DNA from: Escherichia phage vB_EcoS_IME347
Length of the DNA: 50,048 nt
Sequence record: MH051918
Reading direction: 5' to 3' (one strand)
Shown here: positions 39,473-47,140 of the stretch, piece after piece
How positions within the stretch are numbered: the stretch's first letter is position 1
Layout of the letters: every line of letters begins with the position of its first letter
Program-made: the position numbers and the translations under genes
Notes under the pieces: generated by a model
What the model saw: only the letters and a program-made list of their open reading frames with translations
What the model was told of the DNA's origin: nothing
Database searches by the model: none

Positions 39473-39894
39473 TTACAGATAAGGGCGATTATTTAGAGTT
39501 TTACGAGCGCGACCCGAGCGACACGAGAAAGGAGGTAGTTCACCAAATTGAGAGCACTTCCTTTTTGAAAGTTCGACACCCTGACTTGCTGTTTTGGCAT
39601 AGTGTCAACGAGAACGAGAAGAGCAAGGCGACCGCAATGATTGATCAGCAATCCGGCTTATTGAAGGGAGTTAGTGACTTCGTTTTCCTGATTGGTTTCA
39701 ATCACCGATACCCGTTCGCCGCAATCGAACTTAAGCGCGTGAATAAGTCCGGCAAAGGCAAGGCGTCACCCGTAAGCGATGAACAGAAAGCCTTCTTGCG
39801 GAAGGTCAGGGAGCGAGGCGGGTTCGCCGCAGTAGCCTACGGGGTGGAGCAGTTAAAACTCGCAGTAGCTGAAATGCTCAAACAGCACGAATAG
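39469..39894 (+). CDS. VRR-NUC domain nuclease, 141 aa
   Basis: GVSDFVFL...AAIELKR gives the G-x-(S/P)-D...E-x-K pattern of VRR-NUC. ATGA overlap with the helicase gene. Confidence 0.7.
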   Translation: MITDKGDYLEFYERDPSDTRKEVVHQIESTSFLKVRHPDLLFWHSVNENEKSKATAMIDQQSGLLKGVSDFVFLIGFNHRYPFAAIELKRVNKSGKGKASPVSDEQKAFLRKVRERGGFAAVAYGVEQLKLAVAEMLKQHE

Positions 39895-39925
39895 CTAAAA
39901 CAGCCGGAAAGGAATCCGGCATAAT
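39882..39925 (+). promoter_or_regulatory. box/-10 promoter cassette (dam)
   Basis: Box ACAGCACGAATAGCTAAA, which overlaps the VRR-NUC stop. Inverted repeat GCCGGA/TCCGGC. 22 nt spacing to CATAAT. Confidence 0.6.
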
Positions 39926-39954
39926 CACCACATCGAAACAACGGAGAGAAACAA

Positions 39955-40668
39955 ATGAAAGATATCGAAGATATTTCAACGATCGACTTTGCGGAAACTG
40001 GATGTTCATTTACTCGCGAAGCGCTGGCGGTTTCCGGGTATTATTCAGCGGTTAAAACTCCAACCTGCAAAGAAATCTCAGGCCGCAGATACAAGGGAAC
40101 CAATACGCCGGACGCCGTTCGCGATCTGTGGAGCACTTCTCGCGAGGTCATTGCGTACATGGAAGGCAGATATGGGAAATATGATCTTGACGCTGCGGCG
40201 AGCGAAGATAATAAGGTCTGTGAGAAATTCTACTCACAGGAAACTAACTGCCTAAAAAGATGGTGGGGCAAGAACAAGCACGTTTGGCTGAATCCGCCAT
40301 ACAGCCGCCCGGACGCCTTCGTTAAAAAGGCTATTGAGCAAATGGAGCACGGAAACCAAATTGACATGCTTCTGCCCGCCGATAATTCTACGGCATGGTT
40401 TACTGAGGCTCGCCGTAACGCTGCGGAAATCATCTGGATTGAAGGCGATCTTTATCAGGATCTTGACGGTACGGAATACTCCCGTTCAGGACGTTTGGCC
40501 TTCATTTCTGGTGAAACCGGAAAGCCAGTTGACGGCAACAATAAAGGCTCTGTTATCTTTATCATGCGCCAACTCGCGGAAGGTGAGAAGCAGAAAACCC
40601 ACTATGTCAGCATTGCGGATATTTGCCCGTCCGTTAAAAACAAACGCGCAAGAGCGAGGAATATCTAA
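39955..40668 (+). CDS. dam: DNA N6-adenine methyltransferase (phage Dam family), 237 aa
   Basis: The catalytic NPPY motif appears in VWLNPPYSRP. The family pattern is that of phage Dam methylases. Confidence 0.8.
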   Translation: MKDIEDISTIDFAETGCSFTREALAVSGYYSAVKTPTCKEISGRRYKGTNTPDAVRDLWSTSREVIAYMEGRYGKYDLDAAASEDNKVCEKFYSQETNCLKRWWGKNKHVWLNPPYSRPDAFVKKAIEQMEHGNQIDMLLPADNSTAWFTEARRNAAEIIWIEGDLYQDLDGTEYSRSGRLAFISGETGKPVDGNNKGSVIFIMRQLAEGEKQKTHYVSIADICPSVKNKRARARNI

Positions 40669-40910
40669 TGAATGAGAAAACTGTTTGCCTGAATGAATTT
40701 GGTCAATGGATGCTGTTCCGTGGGCTGGCGTGTTATGCGCTGGAGCGTCACGGCTTGACGGAAAAGGAATTGGGTTGCTCCCTTTGGGAATTCACGGAGT
40801 CGCTTGATATGTCATTCGAGGAAATTCGAAGTCTTGATTTGGCTCAGTGGGCTACAAAAGTAATGGCGGACGCCGAAGAGCTTAGAAACGAGATCGTGAA
40901 AAAGCACTAA
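40668..40910 (+). CDS. hypothetical small protein, 80 aa
   Basis: Track ORF with TAATG overlap with dam. Its last codons (AAG CAC TAA) form box 40901-40918. Confidence 0.7.
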   Translation: MNEKTVCLNEFGQWMLFRGLACYALERHGLTEKELGCSLWEFTESLDMSFEEIRSLDLAQWATKVMADAEELRNEIVKKH

Positions 40911-40944
40911 TTGCTAAACGTACCCGGCGCAAGTCGGGTATTAT
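40901..40944 (+). promoter_or_regulatory. box/-10 promoter cassette
   Basis: Box AAAGCACTAATTGCTAAA. Inverted repeat CCCG/CGGG. 22 nt spacing to TATTAT (40939-40944). Confidence 0.6.
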
Positions 40945-40975
40945 TGTTTTATTGAAACGAAACGGAGAATCACAA

Positions 40976-41173
40976 ATGACTCGCATCAATGAAGCTTTCT
41001 TTAAAATGGCTCAGTCCTCCGCTAAGACGGCGACGGAATTAACCTCGTATCACGCCGGGCAATTTGATTGGGCTATCGCAATGGACTTCCTGAAAATGGC
41101 TTACTACCGTTGCACCGTTGAGGATATGGAAGGTTTCATTCGTGACGTTGAGAAGGTACTGAATAGTGATTAA
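40976..41173 (+). CDS. hypothetical small protein, 65 aa
   Basis: Track ORF 40952.. trimmed to ATG 40976 (GGAGA 8 nt upstream), after cassette 40901-40944. Confidence 0.7.
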   Translation: MTRINEAFFKMAQSSAKTATELTSYHAGQFDWAIAMDFLKMAYYRCTVEDMEGFIRDVEKVLNSD

Positions 41174-41438
41174 AGAATCTGGAAGGCAAGCCGTTTGGAG
41201 TCACGCAAAAGAAACGGGGCTGGCGGACGGGATCGCACTAATTGCTAAATACTTCGATATAAAAGACGTTAGTATTATCGGCAACGGGAAGATAACCTTC
41301 ATCGAAGAGCTTCCCCGGAAGTGCCACCGAGTCCCGGCAACTCCCGGACTTGAGTTTTACCGGGAGGAGGGTAAGCGAATCATGCAAGAATTTAAGGCGA
41401 GCAAAAATGACAAGAGAACTTCCCGGCTTAAACGGTAA
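41166..41438 (+). CDS. hypothetical small protein, 90 aa
   Basis: Track ORF with a GTG start that overlaps the upstream end by 8 nt. Contains an internal box/-10 cassette at 41232-41275. Confidence 0.55.
   Translation: MIKESGRQAVWSHAKETGLADGIALIAKYFDIKDVSIIGNGKITFIEELPRKCHRVPATPGLEFYREEGKRIMQEFKASKNDKRTSRLKR
41232..41275 (+). promoter_or_regulatory. box/-10 cassette located inside an ORF
   Basis: Box ATCGCACTAATTGCTAAA, encoded as GIALIAKY. 22 nt spacing to TAGTAT (41270-41275). No obvious inverted repeat. Confidence 0.4.
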
Positions 41439-41652
41439 CTTTGACGGCTACCCGATCGTTGAGTTCGAAGGGGAGAAATATCGGGAGATTCCATTCTCTG
41501 ATTGGTTGCCTTCGGATTTCGAAACAGTTCCATGCAGCAGGGGGGGCGGTCTTATCCCGATGTGGTATAGCCCGGCTCGAAACCTTATGGTGTTTGATAA
41601 CGGCTGCGGAATGAAACCCTCCGATCTCAAAGTCTGGTTGAGGAAACTGTAG
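41407..41652 (+). CDS. hypothetical small protein, 81 aa
   Basis: Track ORF 41350.. trimmed to ATG 41407 (MTRELPGLNG...). Overlaps the upstream ORF by 32 nt. Confidence 0.6.
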   Translation: MTRELPGLNGNFDGYPIVEFEGEKYREIPFSDWLPSDFETVPCSRGGGLIPMWYSPARNLMVFDNGCGMKPSDLKVWLRKL

Positions 41653-41655
41653 AAT
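41647..41655 (+). promoter_or_regulatory. CTGTAGAAT -10-like nonamer
   Basis: Overlaps stop 41650-41652. Upstream of the HTH-phosphoesterase gene. Confidence 0.35.
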
Positions 41656-41725
41656 GTTCGGTTACTTTGGTGTAGTATTCACCCCCGTAATAGCTTTCAC
41701 TCTCATTTATTTAATTGTAATGTAA
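41654..41725 (+). CDS. micro-ORF, 23 aa hydrophobic peptide
   Basis: Hand-translated: MFGYFGVVFTPVIAFTLIYLIVM. GAGGAA lies 8 nt upstream. Confidence 0.4.
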   Translation: MFGYFGVVFTPVIAFTLIYLIVM

Positions 41726-41737
41726 GGAATTAGAAAT

Positions 41738-42877
41738 ATGTCAATGTCAAAAATCACAACCGAACAGCTTATCGAAGAGCGCGAAAACGGCCTGACCCTT
41801 CGCGAGATCGCGGAGAAGTACGGGATGCATATCCGCACGGTTGAGGCTCGACACGCGAAGCTTGCAAAGGAAGGTCACTTCCACGGCAACAAGCACGTAG
41901 CCGCCAACGTTCCGACCGGGTTCGCCGTAAAAGGTACGTCCGTCATGATTGACGCCGAAGGCAACGAAAAGGTTCGCTGGGTTAAGACCGATCAGGACAA
42001 AGAGAAGATTTACCAACTCATGCAAGCGGCGCAGGTTGCATTTTGCGAAGAGTTGCCGCGCGAAGCCCCAACCCCGATCGAAATAAACAAGCGATTCGAC
42101 GAGGATTCGCTGGCGCTTTACCCGGTATTCGATCTTCATATCGGCGCACTGGCGCACAAGCACGAGTCCGGCGAGAACTACTCCACCGATATCGCGGAAG
42201 ATGTTCTGAACAAGTATTTCGGCTATGCAGTCGGCAAGGCTCCTAACGCACAAAAAGCCGTCCTGTTAATCGGCGGTGACTTCCTGCACTCTGACGGCCT
42301 TGACGCTGTTACCCCGGCAAGCGGTCATGTTCTGGATCAGGACTCGCGTTATGCCAAACTGGTTTACGTCGCAATCCGCGCTACTCGCCGGGCGATCGCT
42401 AAGATGCTGGAGAAACATGCTGAGGTTGAGGTTCAGATTATCGAAGGCAACCACGATCAGGCAGGTATGATTTGGCTACGCGCTGCAATGGCGGCATACT
42501 ACGAGGACGAGCCGCGCGTGAACGTTGACGTTAGCCCGATGATTCTGCACAAAACCCGTTGGGGCAAAACGCTGTTAGGCTACACTCACGGTCACACGAT
42601 GAAGAAAGCGGACACTCGCCTTGCAGCAATGGCGGCAGACTTCCGCGATGATTTCGGCGCGAGCAAGTACGTTTACACTCACAGCGGTCATTGGCATCAC
42701 CAGACGATCACCGAGCATACGTTGGGTATCGACGAGGTTCACGGTCAACTCGGGGCGAAGGATGCTTATGCGGCTCGCGGCGGCTGGCGAGCGTACCGTC
42801 AAGCGGCTGTTATCGTGTACTCAAAAGAGTTTGGCGAGATCGGGCGCTTTATCTACCGTCCAGAAATGACGGCGTAA
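41738..42877 (+). CDS. HTH + calcineurin-like metallophosphoesterase fusion, 379 aa
   Basis: N-terminal LTLREIAEKYGMHIRTVEARHAKL looks like an HTH. Phosphoesterase motifs DLHIG, GGDFLH, EGNHD, YTHGH and HSGHWHH follow. Confidence 0.7.
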   Translation: MSMSKITTEQLIEERENGLTLREIAEKYGMHIRTVEARHAKLAKEGHFHGNKHVAANVPTGFAVKGTSVMIDAEGNEKVRWVKTDQDKEKIYQLMQAAQVAFCEELPREAPTPIEINKRFDEDSLALYPVFDLHIGALAHKHESGENYSTDIAEDVLNKYFGYAVGKAPNAQKAVLLIGGDFLHSDGLDAVTPASGHVLDQDSRYAKLVYVAIRATRRAIAKMLEKHAEVEVQIIEGNHDQAGMIWLRAAMAAYYEDEPRVNVDVSPMILHKTRWGKTLLGYTHGHTMKKADTRLAAMAADFRDDFGASKYVYTHSGHWHHQTITEHTLGIDEVHGQLGAKDAYAARGGWRAYRQAAVIVYSKEFGEIGRFIYRPEMTA

Positions 42878-42922
42878 ATAGCACAAATAGCTAAAGACAA
42901 ATCAGGGGTAACGAGTTATAGT
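42878..42922 (+). promoter_or_regulatory. box/-10 promoter cassette
   Basis: Box ATAGCACAAATAGCTAAA. Inverted repeat GGGGTAA/TTACCCC (the same arms as the copy at 7201-7224). 23 nt spacing to TATAGT. Confidence 0.6.
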
Positions 42923-42951
42923 TACCCCACACAAACAAAGGAGATTTAGCA

Positions 42952-43059
42952 ATGAAAGAGTTCATCTTGAAAACTGTAATCCCATTCGTTGCCGGAGCAG
43001 CAGTAACGGGCTTCTTTATTTGGGTTTTGTCTTTGGCTGGAGACTTCAACGGTTTCTGA
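42952..43059 (+). CDS. micro-ORF, 35 aa single-helix membrane peptide
   Basis: Hand-translated: MKEFILKTVIPFVAGAAVTGFFIWVLSLAGDFNGF. AAGGAGA RBS. First ORF after cassette 42878-42922. Confidence 0.6.
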   Translation: MKEFILKTVIPFVAGAAVTGFFIWVLSLAGDFNGF

Positions 43060-43069
43060 GGAAAAATAA

Positions 43070-43246
43070 ATGACTCGTGTAAAGTGCATTCGCAATGATT
43101 CCAAATCGCTCCCGTTCCAAGTGAACCAGATCTACTCTGTGGGCTACCATCACGGCGGCGGGATTTACGAGATCTACGACGGGCAAGGCTCTGCAATCCA
43201 AGCGCCTCTGAACGGATTCTATCTCGAATTCATTGCCGTAAAATAA
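43070..43246 (+). CDS. hypothetical small protein, 58 aa (KxKC family)
   Basis: Hand-translated: MTRVKCIRNDSKSLPFQVNQIYSVGYHHGGGIYEIYDGQG... GAGGA lies 7 nt upstream. Followed by terminator 43272-43297. Confidence 0.6.
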   Translation: MTRVKCIRNDSKSLPFQVNQIYSVGYHHGGGIYEIYDGQGSAIQAPLNGFYLEFIAVK

Positions 43247-43271
43247 ACCATGCAAATCAATCAAATAACCT

Positions 43272-43297
43272 AAAGGGGGCTTTATGCCTCCTTTTTG
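43272..43297 (+). terminator. intrinsic terminator before the lysis cassette
   Basis: GGGGGC-tttat-GCCTCC (one G.U pair) followed by T5. Confidence 0.65.
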
Positions 43298-43367
43298 TGC
43301 TGTTCCTTTTCTGACCCCCTTCCTATATTATATCCCCACTACATTTTTTAACTTTGGGGAATAATCC

Positions 43368-43583
43368 ATGAAAGACTTTATTAACGCTGCAATGTCCGGC
43401 ACGGGCGGAGCAACCCTCACGAGTGCGGCAACCGGGCAGTTGATGATCGCCGCGCTGACCTTCGTTTTCTTTATGTCCTTTGGTGTTTGGGGCGCTTACT
43501 GGAAGTACCGAGACAGCAAAGCGATCCGGGAAGCTATCGACGCCGGGGATCTGAAAACAGCAATCTCAATCAGGAATAAATAA
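43368..43583 (+). CDS. holin (putative), 71 aa
   Basis: Small protein with the hydrophobic core [21 protein letters not shown] and a charged C-terminus. Sits immediately upstream of the endolysin gene. Confidence 0.7.
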   Translation: MKDFINAAMSGTGGATLTSAATGQLMIAALTFVFFMSFGVWGAYWKYRDSKAIREAIDAGDLKTAISIRNK

Positions 43584-43585
43584 TT

Positions 43586-44083
43586 ATGGGCGCAATCAAA
43601 AATACATTGGTTGCGGCTGGCGTTTCTTCTGCGCTTGTCCTCATGCCGCAACTGATCGAGAAGTACGAGGATGTGAAGTTTGAAGTCTACTACGATATCG
43701 CGGGCGTCCCAACTGTATGCGCTGGCATTACCGGGAAAGACGTGATTATCGGCAAGAAGTACACGAAGCGGGAGTGTGACGCTCTGCTCATTAAGCATAT
43801 CAATTATGCTGCGTCGCAGGTTGATAAAGCCGTCACCTATCCGATCCCGGTAACGATGCGGGCGGCGATGTACAGCTTCGCCTACAATGCCGGAACCGGA
43901 GCGTTTCGCAAATCAACCATGCTCAAACTGATTAATAAGGGTGAGCTTAAAGCGGCCTGTAACGAGCTATGGAAGTGGACTTACTTCTATAACCCCAAGA
44001 CAGGCAAGAAAGAGAAATCGCGCGGCCTGAAGAACCGCAGGGCTTCAGAATTTGAATATTGCATGAAGGAGTTGCCGAAATGA
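43586..44083 (+). CDS. endolysin, GH24 lysozyme-like with N-terminal SAR-type signal-anchor, 165 aa
   Basis: The weakly hydrophobic Gly/Ala/Ser-rich N-terminus [18 protein letters not shown] is followed by E...D...T lysozyme motif context ([24 protein letters not shown]). Confidence 0.8.
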   Translation: MGAIKNTLVAAGVSSALVLMPQLIEKYEDVKFEVYYDIAGVPTVCAGITGKDVIIGKKYTKRECDALLIKHINYAASQVDKAVTYPIPVTMRAAMYSFAYNAGTGAFRKSTMLKLINKGELKAACNELWKWTYFYNPKTGKKEKSRGLKNRRASEFEYCMKELPK

Positions 44084-44463
44084 AAAGAACAATCTTAGCT
44101 TGCTGCATTGCATTCGCTATCAGCACAATGACGGGCTGCGCTTTAAATCCGCTGGATGCGCTGACAGGTAAACCCGAAGTATCTGCGCAGGTTGGCGCGG
44201 AGAACGTAAAGCAGGGGATCGGCGTCACAGCAAAGAACGAGCAGAAGAGCGAAACCAACGTGAAGGATTCGCAGATCGGGAAGGTTGACTCCTCCACCAA
44301 GAAAACGGAGAGCATTAAGGCGGGAACCATTCAGGCCGAACGCATCGAAGTAAACAATGGTGGCGGTTGGGACTATTTCGGATTCGGCTTTATCGTGGCG
44401 TGGGTACTGGCGGCGCTGTTAGTGTGGGCTGTGGAATACCGGAAAAAACACAAGGAGGCTTAG
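44080..44463 (+). CDS. unimolecular spanin (lipoprotein with C-terminal TM anchor), 127 aa
   Basis: Track ORF 44059.. trimmed to ATG 44080 (AAGGAG 8 nt upstream, ATGA overlap). Lipobox STMTG|C. C-terminal TM helix [19 protein letters not shown]. This is the architecture of T1 gp11-type u-spanins. Confidence 0.8.
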   Translation: MKRTILACCIAFAISTMTGCALNPLDALTGKPEVSAQVGAENVKQGIGVTAKNEQKSETNVKDSQIGKVDSSTKKTESIKAGTIQAERIEVNNGGGWDYFGFGFIVAWVLAALLVWAVEYRKKHKEA

Positions 44464-44477
44464 GCCTCCTTTTTTTA
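44452..44477 (+). terminator. intrinsic terminator after the spanin gene
   Basis: AGGAGGC-ttag-GCCTCCT followed by T7. The stop TAG lies in the loop. Confidence 0.8.
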
Positions 44478-44675
44478 TTCGTACCGGGTAGCGCTCAGAA
44501 TGCAAATTCCGTCGTCGTCTGCGAGGTTGTGACACTTCGCGCCTGATGCCCGCATAGACGACAGGAGGAGCGAAAGTATCGCTGTATTAAACTCCTCCTC
44601 ACTGAGCTTGTGCCTTGCGCACAATTCTACGTTCGAATCTATCAACATTTCTATTCTTGCCGAAGAGTTCTTCAT
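44475..44675 (-). CDS. hypothetical small protein, 66 aa
   Basis: Track ORF with ATG 44675 lying 7 nt after GAGGAA. Overlaps the 3' end of the upstream gene by 77 nt in another frame. Confidence 0.5.
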   Translation of the reverse strand: MKNSSARIEMLIDSNVELCARHKLSEEEFNTAILSLLLSSMRASGAKCHNLADDDGICILSATRYE

Positions 44676-44991
44676 CACTCAATTCCTCAATATGCATCAT
44701 TTCCCACGTATAGCGATTGCGATATCCCTCAAGGCAAGCGAATTGCATCATCACCGGGCGCTTACGCTTCCCTTTGCAGAAGTATTCCTGACCAACCCGA
44801 TCCAGATACCCCTCAGTCATGCAGCGAGCGCAAAACTCCTTTGACAACGCACTCGTGAAAGTGCGCTTATCAAGATCTGCATTTCGTGCCATACGCTCAG
44901 TTTCTGGATGCCCGTAAATGAACCGGGCAATATGCTGACGTGTGTACTTGTCGTAACCCTCACAGAATTTGAACAGGTCAAGCAGAATCAT
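44599..44991 (-). CDS. hypothetical Cys-containing protein, 130 aa
   Basis: Track ORF. ATG 44991 is preferred over GTG 44994, with AAGGTG upstream. Follows the DUF3987-like gene. Confidence 0.65.
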   Translation of the reverse strand: MILLDLFKFCEGYDKYTRQHIARFIYGHPETERMARNADLDKRTFTSALSKEFCARCMTEGYLDRVGQEYFCKGKRKRPVMMQFACLEGYRNRYTWEMMHIEELSDEELFGKNRNVDRFERRIVRKAQAQ

Positions 44992-45003
44992 CACTTCATC
45001 ACC

Positions 45004-46566
45004 TTACATTAAGCGCGGATTGATATAAATGTTGTCGTCCACACGGCAAACGTAATTCATGCTTTCCAGCGTTTCCAGCAACGTTTCGATACGCTCCGCA
45101 ACCTTTTGCTGCCCGTTAAACGGAGTGACGTTCCGGCACTTCGCGATCACGCTCTGAATCTGCGCCCGGCCTTTGTTCTTTTTGGCGATCTCACTAACCA
45201 CGTCGATAAGCTTGCGTGATTCAGCTTCATCACCTGCGAAACCTGCGGCGTTTGCAGACGAGAGATAAGTTTTTGACAACTCGTTAAACGTCATGATCGC
45301 TTCCTGCATTGTGTCCAAGTCGATCTCACGATTCGCCCGGTTCGGCTTCTCACCAGCCCAATTCTTGATCGTGTGAATCACGGACGCGATACGAATTACG
45401 TGTTTATCGAATTTCCCCAAGTGACCGCGCAACATGGAGTGTGAGTATTTCCCGCCCGCCGCGAAGCTGGCTTCCATATCCTGACGAGCAAGGTTCAGCG
45501 CTCGGGTTGCGTGAAGGCTCAGGCTGAAAACTACCTTCTCTTCGTTCATGACGTTATGAACGAGGCGGTAATATTTGCTCACGAGCGCCTTGTCAACTGG
45601 CTTGTAAACTGCGTCGCCGTTCTCGTCACACAATACGCGAGTACCCAAACGAGGCTCTTCGCGAACCAGTAAGAAACGCTCGGAAACACCGATACCGCGC
45701 TGACCTGCATCCATGATGCCCTTGATTGTTTCGTCCTGCGCGATTACGCAAATTGCACCAACCGGACGTAAAGAAAGGTTGTTGTCCTGATTGGATCGAG
45801 CTACTTCCATATGGTTCATATCCCAAGCCTTCAGGATTAGCTCGCTGTTCGACTTCTTATCAGTCCCGCCATACGTCAAACCGAGAAGTGTATTGATTGC
45901 CGTCGCTTCGTCCGAGATAACGGAGAAGTTACCCTGAATCGCCGCAACCTTAGCCAAACCCTCTGGAGTAGGATCGGAAACCGCAAACACAACGTTAGCA
46001 GCCTTTTTGAGCTTCTCTTCGATTTTCTCCTTCTCTTCGTACAGGGCAACCATTGAGTTTCCTTTTACGTCGTTCTTGATCTCCTTTTCGATCTTGCGGA
46101 GTTCCCCGGCGAGGCGTGAACGTTCGGCCTTACGCTTCTCGTTGATGCGGTCAATCTCTGCTCGCATCGGGTTAATGGCTGCGGAGTTGATCGCAGATTT
46201 ACCCGTTGACGGCGGCTGGCTGATTACCATGTAAAGTGCGGTTGGCTGCTCTTCACCGTGATAGTCAACCCAAAAGCGACCGAGCATCGCGGCGGACATA
46301 CATCCGATAAAGTGAGCGTATGCGGACGAAACCGGGAATTGCACTGATTCAGCTTTAGCCTTTGCGTATTCGTAAACGAGGTTATCGCCACCGAGGGAAA
46401 TCAACGGAAAACGATCGTTGCCGCTGTTAATCTCTTCGGGCTTATCCCAAAAAGCAAATGAATCCGAGAAGCCGTTTTCGCGAATAGCGATCGCCACCGG
46501 ATTTACTCCAGTAGCTGCGGCGATTTCTTGGATCTGATTGATGGAAAGTTTATTTTGGAAGAACAT
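45004..46566 (-). CDS. DUF3987-like P-loop protein (putative replicative helicase/primase-associated), 520 aa
   Basis: Walker A-like ISQPPSTGKS, preceded by a long N-terminal domain. AAGGAG RBS. Cassette 46595-46638 upstream. The family assignment is from memory of the DUF3987 pattern. Confidence 0.55.
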   Translation of the reverse strand: MFFQNKLSINQIQEIAAATGVNPVAIAIRENGFSDSFAFWDKPEEINSGNDRFPLISLGGDNLVYEYAKAKAESVQFPVSSAYAHFIGCMSAAMLGRFWVDYHGEEQPTALYMVISQPPSTGKSAINSAAINPMRAEIDRINEKRKAERSRLAGELRKIEKEIKNDVKGNSMVALYEEKEKIEEKLKKAANVVFAVSDPTPEGLAKVAAIQGNFSVISDEATAINTLLGLTYGGTDKKSNSELILKAWDMNHMEVARSNQDNNLSLRPVGAICVIAQDETIKGIMDAGQRGIGVSERFLLVREEPRLGTRVLCDENGDAVYKPVDKALVSKYYRLVHNVMNEEKVVFSLSLHATRALNLARQDMEASFAAGGKYSHSMLRGHLGKFDKHVIRIASVIHTIKNWAGEKPNRANREIDLDTMQEAIMTFNELSKTYLSSANAAGFAGDEAESRKLIDVVSEIAKKNKGRAQIQSVIAKCRNVTPFNGQQKVAERIETLLETLESMNYVCRVDDNIYINPRLM

Positions 46567-46594
46567 CGTTTTAACTCCTTATTGGACGGGGTAA

Positions 46595-46638
46595 ATTATA
46601 CCCCGCCCATACTACACGCTTTTAGCTATTTGTGCCAT
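46595..46638 (-). promoter_or_regulatory. box/-10 promoter cassette
   Basis: Read on the minus strand: ATGGCACAAATAGCTAAA. Inverted repeat GGGGTA/TACCCC with TATAAT across the loop. 22 nt spacing. Drives the DUF3987-like gene. Confidence 0.6.
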
Positions 46639-46641
46639 TCG

Positions 46642-47058
46642 TTACAAGTATTTCGCTTCGAACGTTGTCCCGTCCGCGATGGAGAATCCCACCTCTTCGC
46701 GGAACAGAGTCCAGCGACATCCTTCGCTATCGAAGATGTACCCGGCGACGCCACCGAGCGCCCGACCACTTTCAACCTGATAGCGCTTGCCTACTTTGAA
46801 GGACTTCTTCATCGGATTCTTGTGATCAAGCCCGGTACACTTCAGGGTTTTCGTTTTCAACTCGGTGAACTTCGCAAAGTGTATTTCATCGACGTTGTGG
46901 ATCTGGAATTCGTCATGCTTTCCGAGCGGGTAAAACTTTCCGTCAGGGTGCTTTACTTCTCGCGTACCGTCGTCATGCTCGCGGCCTTTATACAGGTTGT
47001 TTGTTGTGAATCCGGTAACTGATTCCGCTGAAGTGCATTTCAGTTTGATAGTTTTCAT
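46642..47058 (-). CDS. hypothetical protein with two KxKC family repeats, 138 aa
   Basis: Track ORF. Contains IKLKCTSAE... and TLKCTGLD...KVGKRYQV. Cassette 47097-47140 upstream. Confidence 0.75.
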   Translation of the reverse strand: MKTIKLKCTSAESVTGFTTNNLYKGREHDDGTREVKHPDGKFYPLGKHDEFQIHNVDEIHFAKFTELKTKTLKCTGLDHKNPMKKSFKVGKRYQVESGRALGGVAGYIFDSEGCRWTLFREEVGFSIADGTTFEAKYL

Positions 47059-47096
47059 CGATTCATTCCTTCTGATTGGTTATCTTGAATAAGGCC

Positions 47097-47140
47097 ACTA
47101 TATCAAATGGCCTTACGGCAATATTAACAAATCGTGCTAT
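47097..47140 (-). promoter_or_regulatory. box/-10 promoter cassette
   Basis: Read on the minus strand: ATAGCACGATTTGTTAAT. GGCCAtttgatatagTGGCC is identical to the hairpin at 3669-3688. 22 nt spacing to TGaTATAGT. Confidence 0.65.

Noticed and set aside
46621-46638. The box resembles a sigma54 promoter (TGGCAC-N5-TTGC), especially the ATGGCACAAATAGCTAAA copy.
   Set aside because: 30 of the 31 copies have AG, CG or AA where the essential GG should be. The GC of GCTA lies 5 nt after GCAC, not 7 nt. The box also lies about 22 nt upstream of a sigma70-type -10, not at -24/-12 relative to the genes.
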